NCBI GenBank assembly: GCA_964482335.1
Contig: CAYZXA010000001.1
Location: forward strand, 24,983-88,982
Source: an uncultured Candidatus Saccharibacteria bacterium
GTDB lineage: Bacteria; Patescibacteriota; Minisyncoccia; Minisyncoccales; MHMH01
DNA: 64,000 bases
Direction: 5' to 3'
Below, in pieces: positions 55,038 through 63,927 of this stretch. The translations under genes and the position numbers were made by a program. The notes under the pieces were generated by a model. The model was not told the origin of the DNA. It did no database searches and saw only the letters and a program-made list of their open reading frames with translations. The number at the start of each line of letters is the position of its first letter. Position 1 is the stretch's first letter.

Positions 55038-57032
55038 ATGCTTAAAAAATTAAAAAAAGCCAAAAAAGCAAAACCAAAGAAGAAGCCAAAGGAAATGATT
55101 AAACCAAGAAAGAAGGTTGCTAAAGACACTACTTACGAAGCTAAGGATATTTATGTTTTGCAAGGATTGGAGCCGGTAAGGCGAAGACCAGGCATGTACA
55201 TTGGTTCAACTGGGACAGAAGGTCTTCATCATTTAATCTATGAAACGACTGACAATTCCTTGGACGAGGCCATTGCTGGTTACTGTAAAAACATTGATGT
55301 TATTCTAATGAAAGATAACAAAGTGAAGGTGACTGATGATGGCAGAGGTATTCCAGTATCCAAACACCCCCAGACTAAGAAATCAGCCTTAGAGACAGTT
55401 ATGACTACTCTGCATGCTGGAGCAAAGTTTGGCGGTAAATCTTATCAGATTGCCGGAGGCTTGCACGGCGTTGGTGTTTCAGTAGTTTGTGCTTTGTCTC
55501 GTTGGATGAGGGCTGAAGTTTGTCGGGATGGTATTAGATACTTCCAAGAATATTCTCAAGGTAAAGCGAAAACAAAAGTGAAAAAGGCTGGAAAATGCAA
55601 GCAGACCGGCACCACTGTTTTGTTTGAGCCAGACCCAGAAATTTTCAAAGAAATAAAGTTTGATTTAAAGAAAATTTTAGAACACCTTCGCCAACAAGCT
55701 TATTTAACTTCTGGTGTTAGAATAACAGTTATTGACAATAGGACTGCTGTTTCCCAAAACTACAGTTTTTATTTTGAAGGCGGGCTGAAGTCCTACATTA
55801 AATACTTAGTCCAGGGCGTAGTGCCGGTGCAGCAGAGTATCTTTTATACCAGCGGAGAAAAGCAAGGGATCCTAGTTGAGGCAGCTTTTCAATATACGCA
55901 GGAGAGGGAAGCGTATGAGGAAAGCTTTGCCAATAATATTAATACTGGTGAAGGCGGTTCTCATTCGACTGGCTTCAGAACTGCTTTGACTCGTTCCTTG
56001 AACGACTATGCTCGGAAAAACAACTTCATTAAAAACACAGATGACAATTTTAGTGGTGAGGATGTCAGAGATGGTTTTTCCGGAGTGGTGGCTGTCAAGC
56101 TAAGAGAACCTCAGTTTGAAGGCCAAACCAAAGCTAAACTTGGCAACCCCGAAGCAAAGGCAGCAGTTGAGGCAGTCATTACCGATGGTTTAGCTGATTT
56201 CCTAGAGAGAAATCCTCAGGATGCCAGAGCCATTATTGAGAAGTGTCTTTTGACTGCCAAAGCCAGAAAAGCAGCCCGAGCCGCTCGTCAGACCGTTTTG
56301 AGAAAAGGAGCTTTAGAGGGTTTGGCGCTTCCTGGTAAACTGGCTGATTGTGCTTCCCGTAAGCCAGAAGAGTCAGAGCTTTTTATTGTTGAGGGACCTT
56401 CTGCTGGAGGCTCATGTAAGATGGGTAGAGATAGACGATTTCAGGCTGTTCTGCCTTTGCGGGGAAAGATTTTAAACGTTGAGAGAGCCGGGCTAGACAA
56501 AGTATTATCTTCCCAAGAGATTAAATCTTTAATTATTGCTTTAGGTACAGCAATTGCCGAGGATTTTAATATTGAGAAATTAAGGTATCAACGTGTTATT
56601 CTGACCTTAGATGCTGATGTTGATGGTTCACATATTAGAACCTTGCTCTTGACTCTTTTTTATCGCTATTTCCAGTCAATTATTGAAAAAGGCTTTCTAT
56701 ACATTGCTCAGCCTCCACTTTATAAAATACAGTCAGGCAAAAGAATGGAGTATGCTTATACCGAGCAAGACAGGGCAGAGATTTTAAGTTCAATGAAAAA
56801 GGAGAATAAAGGCACTCCTTCTGTCCAAAGATATAAAGGTTTGGGAGAGATGAATCCTTTAGAGCTGTGGACAACGACCATGGATCCACAAAACAGAATC
56901 TTATTGAAGGTGATGATTGAAAATGCCAGAGAAGCTGATCATATCTTTGATACTTTGATGGGAGATGAGGTTTTGCCCAGAAAGAAGTTTATTCAGGCTC
57001 ATGCTAAAAAAGTTAAAAACTTAGATATTTAA
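55038..57032 (+). CDS. gyrB: DNA gyrase subunit B (type IIA topoisomerase B subunit) with Lys-rich N-terminal extension
   Basis: GHKL ATPase, Toprim (EGDSAGG-like FIVEGPSAGGS), 664 aa. Confidence 0.9.
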   Translation: MLKKLKKAKKAKPKKKPKEMIKPRKKVAKDTTYEAKDIYVLQGLEPVRRRPGMYIGSTGTEGLHHLIYETTDNSLDEAIAGYCKNIDVILMKDNKVKVTDDGRGIPVSKHPQTKKSALETVMTTLHAGAKFGGKSYQIAGGLHGVGVSVVCALSRWMRAEVCRDGIRYFQEYSQGKAKTKVKKAGKCKQTGTTVLFEPDPEIFKEIKFDLKKILEHLRQQAYLTSGVRITVIDNRTAVSQNYSFYFEGGLKSYIKYLVQGVVPVQQSIFYTSGEKQGILVEAAFQYTQEREAYEESFANNINTGEGGSHSTGFRTALTRSLNDYARKNNFIKNTDDNFSGEDVRDGFSGVVAVKLREPQFEGQTKAKLGNPEAKAAVEAVITDGLADFLERNPQDARAIIEKCLLTAKARKAARAARQTVLRKGALEGLALPGKLADCASRKPEESELFIVEGPSAGGSCKMGRDRRFQAVLPLRGKILNVERAGLDKVLSSQEIKSLIIALGTAIAEDFNIEKLRYQRVILTLDADVDGSHIRTLLLTLFYRYFQSIIEKGFLYIAQPPLYKIQSGKRMEYAYTEQDRAEILSSMKKENKGTPSVQRYKGLGEMNPLELWTTTMDPQNRILLKVMIENAREADHIFDTLMGDEVLPRKKFIQAHAKKVKNLDI

Positions 57033-57034
57033 TT

Positions 57035-57475
57035 ATGAATGATTCTGTTGATAAAAAAGGAGTTTTGAAGGCAATGTTTCTGGCTATTTTAATTGCTTTT
57101 TTAGCCATTGGCATTTTAGCCTGGCAATACCAACGCATAGAGAAAGAGCGGTTGCCAGCACTTGAGGAGAAAATTGAGAAAAGATCAACTGAGGATGTTT
57201 TAGATAAGTTCATGCAAATGAGGATTGATAAAAATGAAAAAGGAGCCTTGCGCTATCTGACAGAGGGCGCTGTCCAGCAAAGGGATCAGGCAGAGTTTAG
57301 CTTGCTGGACAACTTTGAAAGCTATGAGATTTTACAAAGTGAGAAAGTGGATGAAGAGAAATACCGCTATGTAGTTAAAATATATGAAGAAGGAATGGGT
57401 GATTTTATTGAAGTAATTACCTTAATTAAAATCTTAGACAATTACTATATTGACTCAGTGCAAATCGCCGGCTAA
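57035..57475 (+). CDS. hypothetical membrane-anchored protein
   Basis: 146 aa, single N-terminal TM. Confidence 0.5.
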   Translation: MNDSVDKKGVLKAMFLAILIAFLAIGILAWQYQRIEKERLPALEEKIEKRSTEDVLDKFMQMRIDKNEKGALRYLTEGAVQQRDQAEFSLLDNFESYEILQSEKVDEEKYRYVVKIYEEGMGDFIEVITLIKILDNYYIDSVQIAG

Positions 57476-57483
57476 GTACGGGG

Positions 57484-57513
57484 TTGACAAACTATACCTT
57501 ATTTTATTAAGAT
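57484..57513 (+). promoter_or_regulatory. promoter TTGACA-N18-TAAGAT upstream of secE
   Basis: Sequence motif only. Confidence 0.4.
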
Positions 57514-57521
57514 AAAGATGA

Positions 57522-57540
57522 GGCCCCAAAGGGGCTTTTA
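57522..57540 (+). promoter_or_regulatory. leader hairpin plus U-tract between promoter and secE (attenuator-like)
   Basis: GGCCCC-aaa-GGGGCT TTTT. Confidence 0.3.
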
Positions 57541-57548
57541 AAAACCTT

Positions 57549-57734
57549 ATGATTGGTAAACTCATTACTTATTTAAAGGAAGTTAAATTAGAAATAAGAA
57601 AGGTCAACTGGCCAACGCGCCAGCAGACTATTAGATACACTTTAATTGTTTTAGGGATTTCAGCAGTTGTTGCCATATTCTTGGGTGGTCTAGATTTTCT
57701 TTTCACCTATTTATTAAATGCCTTTATACTTTAA
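57549..57734 (+). CDS. secE: preprotein translocase subunit SecE
   Basis: 61 aa, single TM, conserved position before nusG. Confidence 0.85.
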   Translation: MIGKLITYLKEVKLEIRKVNWPTRQQTIRYTLIVLGISAVVAIFLGGLDFLFTYLLNAFIL

Positions 57735-58279
57735 TGCCTAAGCAACAAATAGAACAACAAAAAAACTGGTATGTTATCCATACTTATTCTGGGTATGAGG
57801 ATGCTGTAGCTAAAAATCTCAAGCAAAGGATTGAGTCTTTAGGCATGGAAGACAAGATTTTCAATGTTATTGTGCCCAAAGAGAAAAAGATTAAGATCAA
57901 AGACAGTAAGAGAAAGGTGATTGAAGAGAAGATTTATCCAGGTTACGTTTTGGTTGAGATGATTGTTACAGATGATTCCTGGTATGTTGTCAGAAATACG
58001 CCTAATGTGACTGGCTTTGTCGGAGCAGGAACTACTCCTGTGCCGGTTTCTCTTCAAGAAATTGAAACCTTGAAGAAAAAGATGGGAGTTGAAACTCCTC
58101 AGTACAAGATAGACGTTAAGGCAGGCGATGCCGTAAAAATTATTGATGGTCCCTTTAAGGATTTTGACGGCAAGGTTTCAGAGATAGACGAAGAGAGAGG
58201 CAAGGTCAAAGTATTAGTTAATATGTTTGGCAGAGATACGCCAGTTGAACTTGATTCTCTGCAGATAAAAAAGATCTAA
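57734..58279 (+). CDS. nusG: transcription termination/antitermination factor NusG
   Basis: NGN and KOW domains. Confidence 0.93.
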   Translation: MPKQQIEQQKNWYVIHTYSGYEDAVAKNLKQRIESLGMEDKIFNVIVPKEKKIKIKDSKRKVIEEKIYPGYVLVEMIVTDDSWYVVRNTPNVTGFVGAGTTPVPVSLQEIETLKKKMGVETPQYKIDVKAGDAVKIIDGPFKDFDGKVSEIDEERGKVKVLVNMFGRDTPVELDSLQIKKI

Positions 58280-58280
58280 C

Positions 58281-58703
58281 ATGGCAAAAAAAGTTAAAGC
58301 TATTATTAAATTACAGATTCAAGCTGGCGGGGCAACGCCTGCTCCTCCAGTGGGGCCGGCTTTGGCTCAGCACGGTTTGAATATTGGCGAGTTTTGTCAA
58401 AAGTTCAACGATGCCACTAAACAGAACCAGGGATTTAAGATTCCAGTTGAAATTACGGTGTATGAAGACAGAACATATAATTTTAGATTAAAGCAGCCCC
58501 CAGCCGCTGAGCTTTTGAAAAAAGCAGCTGGCATTGAGAAGGGCTCTGGAGAACCTAACAAGACCAAGGTTGCTAAGATTTCCCGAGCCCAATTACGCCA
58601 GATTGCTGAAAAGAAGATGGAAGACTTGAACGCTGAAGACATTGAAAGCGCTATGAGGATCATTGAGGGCACAGCCCGTAATATGGGGATTGAAGTGCAG
58701 TAG
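58281..58703 (+). CDS. rplK: 50S ribosomal protein L11 (not followed by rplA)
   Basis: Conserved uL11. Confidence 0.95.
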   Translation: MAKKVKAIIKLQIQAGGATPAPPVGPALAQHGLNIGEFCQKFNDATKQNQGFKIPVEITVYEDRTYNFRLKQPPAAELLKKAAGIEKGSGEPNKTKVAKISRAQLRQIAEKKMEDLNAEDIESAMRIIEGTARNMGIEVQ

Positions 58704-58725
58704 CCTTTTGTTGGGGAAATTATAT

Positions 58726-59076
58726 ATGCCAATAATAATTGTTAAAGATTCAATAAAGCGAGAAGAATTGAAACGTGTTGCCAAAAAGCAGTTCGGTGAC
58801 TTAGTAAAGGCAGTGGTAGACATAGAACAGGGGATTATGGCAGTTGGTGGAGAACTTCACTCTGATGAGGAGGTCTTTCTTATGGAGCAAGAAAACTCAA
58901 AGCGAGAGTATACCTGGGGCATTAGTCTTTATCCTGAGAAAACGGGTGATGACTGGATTGAGCTTGATTCTGTGATTAACCTAAAACCTTCTTTTGGTAA
59001 TCGCTCTCGAGATGTGGATAATCCCATAGTTCGAGAAAAAATTAGAAAAATTGTAGAAAAACTCGTATCAAGATGA
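58726..59076 (+). CDS. DUF5674-family protein
   Basis: MPIIIVKDSIKREELKRVAKKQF...VGGELHSDEEVFLMEQENSKREYTWGISLYPEK...INLKPSFGNRSRDV matches the recalled DUF5674 consensus; start trimmed to ATG 58726. Confidence 0.55.
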   Translation: MPIIIVKDSIKREELKRVAKKQFGDLVKAVVDIEQGIMAVGGELHSDEEVFLMEQENSKREYTWGISLYPEKTGDDWIELDSVINLKPSFGNRSRDVDNPIVREKIRKIVEKLVSR

Positions 59077-59414
59077 ATAAACTTTATCACAAAGAATTGG
59101 CTGAAGGTAGATGGTTTCAGCTTTCTTTAGCAGAGCAATTGGCAAATATTGGTAGCGAGGTGAGTCGGGCACGCAAATGGCAGGGAAAAGACGAAAATAT
59201 TTTTTGGGGCGCAGTTGACAGAGCCCTTGAACTTTTTGATTTGACTCTTGCGGATCCTCGGTGGAGAAAGGGTCGTTTGCGGGAAATTGCAAGGGTACGA
59301 GAAATATTTTGCGATGCTCTTTTTGGAGGAAAGAATTATCAAAGTTCCCTTAAAGATCTTGAACGATATTTTCTGCTTTTTGCGTTTCTTGTTCGGCAAC
59401 GATTGCTAGTTTGA
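59073..59414 (+). CDS. hypothetical protein, start overlaps the DUF5674 stop (ATGA)
   Basis: 113 aa, alpha-helical, Arg/Trp-rich. Confidence 0.45.
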   Translation: MNKLYHKELAEGRWFQLSLAEQLANIGSEVSRARKWQGKDENIFWGAVDRALELFDLTLADPRWRKGRLREIARVREIFCDALFGGKNYQSSLKDLERYFLLFAFLVRQRLLV

Positions 59415-59481
59415 AGTTTTGAAGGCGCTGCCAAAAATATTGGGATTGAAATTAAATAAATTTTAAGATATTATTAATCAT

Positions 59482-60060
59482 ATGATTCTTTCTGATAAAG
59501 ACATTAAGAAACATATTGCTGAAGGCAAGATAAAGATTAATCCAGAACCGAATTTTGATGAACAGTTAGGTCCTTGCTCTTTAGATTTACACTTAGGCAA
59601 CATCTTTAAAGTTTTCAAACCTTCTCAATATCCTTATTTAGACTTAAAGAGGAACGTCCATTTTGAGGAATTGATGGAGGAGGTAAGAATAGAAGATGGT
59701 GCTCCATTTATTTTACAGCCCAAAGATTTTATTTTAGCTACGACCAAAGAAGAGTTTATTTTACCCGACAATATAATGGCCAGACTCGATGGCAGGTCTT
59801 CCTTAGGCAGATTAGGCATTGTTGTTCATTCAACCGCTGCCAGATTTGATCCAGGATGGCAGGGCAACGCAGTTATGGAACTTGGCAATTTAGGCATTAT
59901 GCCCGTTGTTTTGTATTCTGGCATGCGTATTTGCGCTTTAACCTTTGAAACGCTTTCTAGCCCCTGCGACATTACTTATTTAAAAAAGAAAGGTCAGAAA
60001 TATGGAAAACAGACATCTCCGCGAGCCAGTAAAATTACTGAAGAATTTAACAAGCAATAA
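59482..60060 (+). CDS. dcd: dCTP deaminase
   Basis: N-terminal MILSDKDIKKHIAEGKIKINPEP; dUTPase-like fold. Confidence 0.85.
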   Translation: MILSDKDIKKHIAEGKIKINPEPNFDEQLGPCSLDLHLGNIFKVFKPSQYPYLDLKRNVHFEELMEEVRIEDGAPFILQPKDFILATTKEEFILPDNIMARLDGRSSLGRLGIVVHSTAARFDPGWQGNAVMELGNLGIMPVVLYSGMRICALTFETLSSPCDITYLKKKGQKYGKQTSPRASKITEEFNKQ

Positions 60061-60062
60061 TT

Positions 60063-60917
60063 ATGGAGGATTTAAAGAGTTGGCCTTCGATTGAAGGAAG
60101 ATATAAAAAGGGAAATCCACAATCTCCGGTGGCTATTTGTACCAATGCCACGGTTGAAGGAATTGAACCTGATATGGAAAAAGTAGCTTTGATCGGCAAA
60201 TGTGTTACTGAAAATATTGGTATTGAGAAAATCATCCAGAACATTGTTGCTAATCCATACATCAGGTTTTTGATTTTTTGTGGCAAAGTCTCCAAGGGGC
60301 ATTTTGTCAGCCAAGCTTTCCTTTCTTTAAAAAAAAACGGTATAGATAAAGAGAAAAGAATTATTGGGGCTCGGGGGAACACCCCTTTTTTGAAAGGGAT
60401 TGATGAAGCATTAATAGAAAGGTTTCGTCAACAGGTTGAGATGGTTGATTTAATGCCAGAACAAGATAGGGAGAAAATAATGAAAAAAGTAGACGATTGC
60501 TTAAGGCGAAATCCCGGTCCTTTTTCTGGAGAACCTGTTAAGGTTCAGGAAGTTGAAACAATCCAGGCTAAGTCTTGTCCTGACTGGATTGCTGACCCCA
60601 AAGGATTTTTTGTTATTTCCATAGACCGTAACCTAAACAAGATAATCGTTGAGCATTTTCAGAATAATAAACTTACCAAAAAGATAATTGGTAATTCAGC
60701 TGAAGAAATTTCAAAAACTATCAGCTACCTTGATTTGATTGGCGATTTTGAACAGACAAAAGAACATACCATGTATTTAGCCAGAGAACTTCAAAAAGCA
60801 GAATTTGCCTTGAAAAATAATTTAGATTATGAGCAAGATAGTGAGTTACAAATAAAAAAGGTCAAACAAGAAGATAAACAAAAAAAATCAGCCAATGAAG
60901 ATGATTGGTTCGATTAA
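60063..60917 (+). CDS. MtrA-family (tetrahydromethanopterin S-methyltransferase subunit A-like) corrinoid-binding domain protein, soluble, with extra C-terminal domain
   Basis: SWP, SPVAICT, CVTENIGIEK, NPYIRFLIFCG, SKGH, RIIGARGNTPF and ERFRQQVEMVDL align along the MtrA cytoplasmic domain; no TM helix. Confidence 0.65.
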   Translation: MEDLKSWPSIEGRYKKGNPQSPVAICTNATVEGIEPDMEKVALIGKCVTENIGIEKIIQNIVANPYIRFLIFCGKVSKGHFVSQAFLSLKKNGIDKEKRIIGARGNTPFLKGIDEALIERFRQQVEMVDLMPEQDREKIMKKVDDCLRRNPGPFSGEPVKVQEVETIQAKSCPDWIADPKGFFVISIDRNLNKIIVEHFQNNKLTKKIIGNSAEEISKTISYLDLIGDFEQTKEHTMYLARELQKAEFALKNNLDYEQDSELQIKKVKQEDKQKKSANEDDWFD

Positions 60918-60923
60918 AAAACT

Positions 60924-61700
60924 ATGTACGAAACAAAAATCGTTGAAGCTAAAACTTTAGGGGAGGCATGGGAAAAATCCTGTATTTTAATGATGCAGGA
61001 AGGTCATACTCGTTATGTCCAAGCACCTGAATATCAGATAGAGACAAAGGACCTTCCCTTGTTGATTAAAGTCGCAGATCCTTTTTCTGAACCAAGATTG
61101 AGCGATAAAGTCAATACAACAAAAGGATTAGCGGATGAATACACTAAGAAATTCTTACATGGTTCGGGTAAAGAGAACGAGAACAGTTTTGATTATACCT
61201 ATTTTTCTCGTTTGCGCTGCTACCCTGATTGTAAGGTCAGGGCCTGGCTGCCAAGCGTTACTGAGACTGATGAAGAATTGGCCGAAGAAGTTAAAAAAAT
61301 CTCTCCTGACGGCAAATGCGTTGTTCAGCGCATCGACCAGGTGGAGAAAGCCATCAATATCCTTAAAAAGGATCCAACCCGCCGCACAGTGGTTATGCAT
61401 ACCTGGGTGCCCTTCCGAGACTTAATGAAATTCGGGCCAAAGAGAGGAGACACTTCTTCGCCTTGCGTGCTTTTATTTTATCCTCAGTTGGTTGATGAGA
61501 AGCTCCATATGTTTGTCGTTATGAAGACCAATGATTTGTACAACGCTTGGCCAGAAAACGCTTATGCTTTCAGTGCTTTGCAAAAATACATGGCAGATGA
61601 GCTGAGAGTGGGGACTGGTACCTATACTCATTTTTCTGTCAGTATGCATATTTACAAAGATATGTACAATGAGGTCAAGAAAAAGTTCAATTTGCAATAG
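60924..61700 (+). CDS. thyA: thymidylate synthase, ThyA family, highly divergent (archaeal-like)
   Basis: KKDPTRRTVVMHTW (compare DPDSRRIIVSAWN), SSPCVLLFYP (nucleophile Cys), TNDLYNAWPENAYAFSAL, MHIYKD. Confidence 0.8.
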   Translation: MYETKIVEAKTLGEAWEKSCILMMQEGHTRYVQAPEYQIETKDLPLLIKVADPFSEPRLSDKVNTTKGLADEYTKKFLHGSGKENENSFDYTYFSRLRCYPDCKVRAWLPSVTETDEELAEEVKKISPDGKCVVQRIDQVEKAINILKKDPTRRTVVMHTWVPFRDLMKFGPKRGDTSSPCVLLFYPQLVDEKLHMFVVMKTNDLYNAWPENAYAFSALQKYMADELRVGTGTYTHFSVSMHIYKDMYNEVKKKFNLQ

Positions 61701-61779
61701 AGAAGATTAGTTAGATGCTAGGCTTCTGAGAAGCGGAAGCCTTTTTCTTTTGAGGTAAATTTGTTAAAATTAAGGAAGT

Positions 61780-62472
61780 ATGGAAATTGCTAAAGTTATT
61801 GACCAGACCTTTCTGAAAAAGGGAGCGGCGGATGAAAAGATAAAGGAACTTTGCCAAGAGACCAGAGAATACGGCTTTCGGGGTTTTTGCATTTTTCCAG
61901 AACATACGAAGTTGGCTAAAAAATGCCTTAAGGGCAGTGGCGTTAAAGTGACCACTTTGATAGATGAGCCAACTGGTCAGAGTTCTTCTAAAAAGAGAAT
62001 TAAGATGGTTAAGAAAGCTAAAAAAGCAGGGAGCGATGAAGTTGACGTAGTTATGAAGATAGATGATTTTAAAAACGGCAAATATGAAGAAGTTTTAAAG
62101 GATTTGAAAGCTATTTGTTCTATTCTGCCAACAAAAGTCATAATTGGCTCAGGATACTTGACTGACGAAGAGATTAAGAAGGCTTCTCAAATTGTTAAAA
62201 CTGCGGGCGCTATCTGTGTTAAAACAGCTACCATCAGTGATCCTTTGGACCATTCAGAGTTAGACGAGAAAGCAAAACATGTCAGGATTATGAAAGAATC
62301 TGCTCCTGGCTTGCTGGTTAAAGCGGCTGGCAATGTTAGGAAAATAGCTGATTTAAGAATAATGACGGAGGCTGGAGCTAATATCATTGGTACAAGTTCT
62401 GGCGTTGAAATTGTTAATGAAGCTCAAGGTATTCAAACCGAAACTAAAAAAGACGATAGAATAATTGAGTAA
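61780..62472 (+). CDS. deoC: deoxyribose-phosphate aldolase
   Basis: Class I aldolase; IDQTFLKKGAADEKIKELCQETREYGF and Schiff-base Lys region VKTATIS. Confidence 0.85.
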   Translation: MEIAKVIDQTFLKKGAADEKIKELCQETREYGFRGFCIFPEHTKLAKKCLKGSGVKVTTLIDEPTGQSSSKKRIKMVKKAKKAGSDEVDVVMKIDDFKNGKYEEVLKDLKAICSILPTKVIIGSGYLTDEEIKKASQIVKTAGAICVKTATISDPLDHSELDEKAKHVRIMKESAPGLLVKAAGNVRKIADLRIMTEAGANIIGTSSGVEIVNEAQGIQTETKKDDRIIE

Positions 62473-62489
62473 AGCCGGATCTTACTCAA
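62463..62489 (+). promoter_or_regulatory. hairpin spanning the deoC stop codon, immediately 5' of gatB
   Basis: ATTGAGTAAAG-ccggat-CTTACTCAAT with no U-tract. Confidence 0.3.
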
Positions 62490-62490
62490 T

Positions 62491-63927
62491 ATGATTATGG
62501 CGTATATACCAACAATTGGACTGGAGATACATGTTGAGTTGAAAACAAAGAGCAAAATGTTTTGTTCTTGTTTGAATGATGCAAATGAGTCACATCCTAA
62601 TGTTAATATTTGTCCTATTTGTATGGGACACCCGGGCACGCTGCCCGTTATTAATGAAGAAGCTTTAAGAAAAGTCATTAAAACTGGCTTGGCTTTGAAC
62701 AGTGATATTCCTGAACATTCCAAATTTGACAGGAAAAACTATTTTTATCCTGACCTGCCTAAGGGTTATCAAATATCTCAGTATGATATGCCTCTTTGTA
62801 AGGGGGGCTTTTTGAAGGTTAATGGCAAAAAGATAAAGATTACCAGGGTTCATTTGGAAGAAGACACGGGCAAGCTAATTCATCCCGAAGAGACTCAGTA
62901 TTCTTTGGTTGATTTTAATCGAGCTGGCATTCCTTTAATGGAGTTAGTAACAGAGCCCGACATCACTTCAGCCATAGAGGCTCGCAAATTTGCTGAAGAG
63001 TTTCAGCTAATTTTACGATATCTCGGTGTGTCTGAAGCCAATATGGAAAAAGGGCAAATGAGGGTTGAAGCAAATATTTCTTTGAAGAAAGGTTCTAAAT
63101 TAGGAACTAAGGTAGAGATTAAGAACTTAAATTCATTTAGGTCGGTTGAGAGGGGGATTGATTATGAGATTGAGCGGCAGGCAAAGCTTTTAAAAGTAGG
63201 CAAGAAGGTTATACAGGAAACCCGGGGTTGGCACGATTTCAAAGAAATAACTTTTAGCCAAAGGGCAAAAGAAGAATCTCATGATTATCGATATTTCCCT
63301 GAGCCAGACTTACCACCTCTTCATTTTGGCTTGAAAACCATTCGAGAGATTAAAGGTGAAATTCCTGAACTGCCTTTTGGTAGGAGAGAGAGATTTAAAA
63401 AGGAATATGGTATTTTAGACAAAGAAATTGAGGTACTTGTTCAAAATAAAGACTTGGGTGAATATTTTGAAAAGGCAATGTCAGAAATAGGGGATAGAAA
63501 GCTTGTTAAACTTTGTACAAACTACATGTTGACTGATTTGCAGGGTTTATTAAAAAGAGCTTCAGTTGTTGGAGAAGACTTCAGGATTACCCCGGAAGAT
63601 TTTGCTAAATTCATTATTTTAATTTCTCAAGGCAAAATCTCAAGCAAAATAGCCAAACAAGTTTTAGCAGAGATGTTCTCTACTGGTGCTGATCCCTCTC
63701 AGATAATTAAAAAGAAAGGGTTGGTGCAGATTACTAACGAAAGGGAAATTGAGATGGCTGTTAAAGAAGTAATTTCTAAGAATCCCAAGGCAATCAAAGA
63801 TTACAAAAAAGGAAAAGAAAACGCTTTTCAATTTTTAATAGGGCAGGTGATGGCTCAAACTCGTGGCAAAGCTAGTCCAGCACTAGTTAATAAAATATTA
63901 AAAGTACTCTTGACAAAAATAAAATAG
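62491..63927 (+). CDS. gatB: Asp/Glu-tRNA(Asn/Gln) amidotransferase subunit B
   Basis: IGLEIHVEL N-terminus, GatB/YqeY C-terminal domain; start may be ATG 62497. Confidence 0.93.
   Translation: MIMAYIPTIGLEIHVELKTKSKMFCSCLNDANESHPNVNICPICMGHPGTLPVINEEALRKVIKTGLALNSDIPEHSKFDRKNYFYPDLPKGYQISQYDMPLCKGGFLKVNGKKIKITRVHLEEDTGKLIHPEETQYSLVDFNRAGIPLMELVTEPDITSAIEARKFAEEFQLILRYLGVSEANMEKGQMRVEANISLKKGSKLGTKVEIKNLNSFRSVERGIDYEIERQAKLLKVGKKVIQETRGWHDFKEITFSQRAKEESHDYRYFPEPDLPPLHFGLKTIREIKGEIPELPFGRRERFKKEYGILDKEIEVLVQNKDLGEYFEKAMSEIGDRKLVKLCTNYMLTDLQGLLKRASVVGEDFRITPEDFAKFIILISQGKISSKIAKQVLAEMFSTGADPSQIIKKKGLVQITNEREIEMAVKEVISKNPKAIKDYKKGKENAFQFLIGQVMAQTRGKASPALVNKILKVLLTKIK

Noticed and set aside
61135-61697. 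ORFs overlapping thyA on both strands
   Set aside because: Alternative frames of the ThyA-family gene
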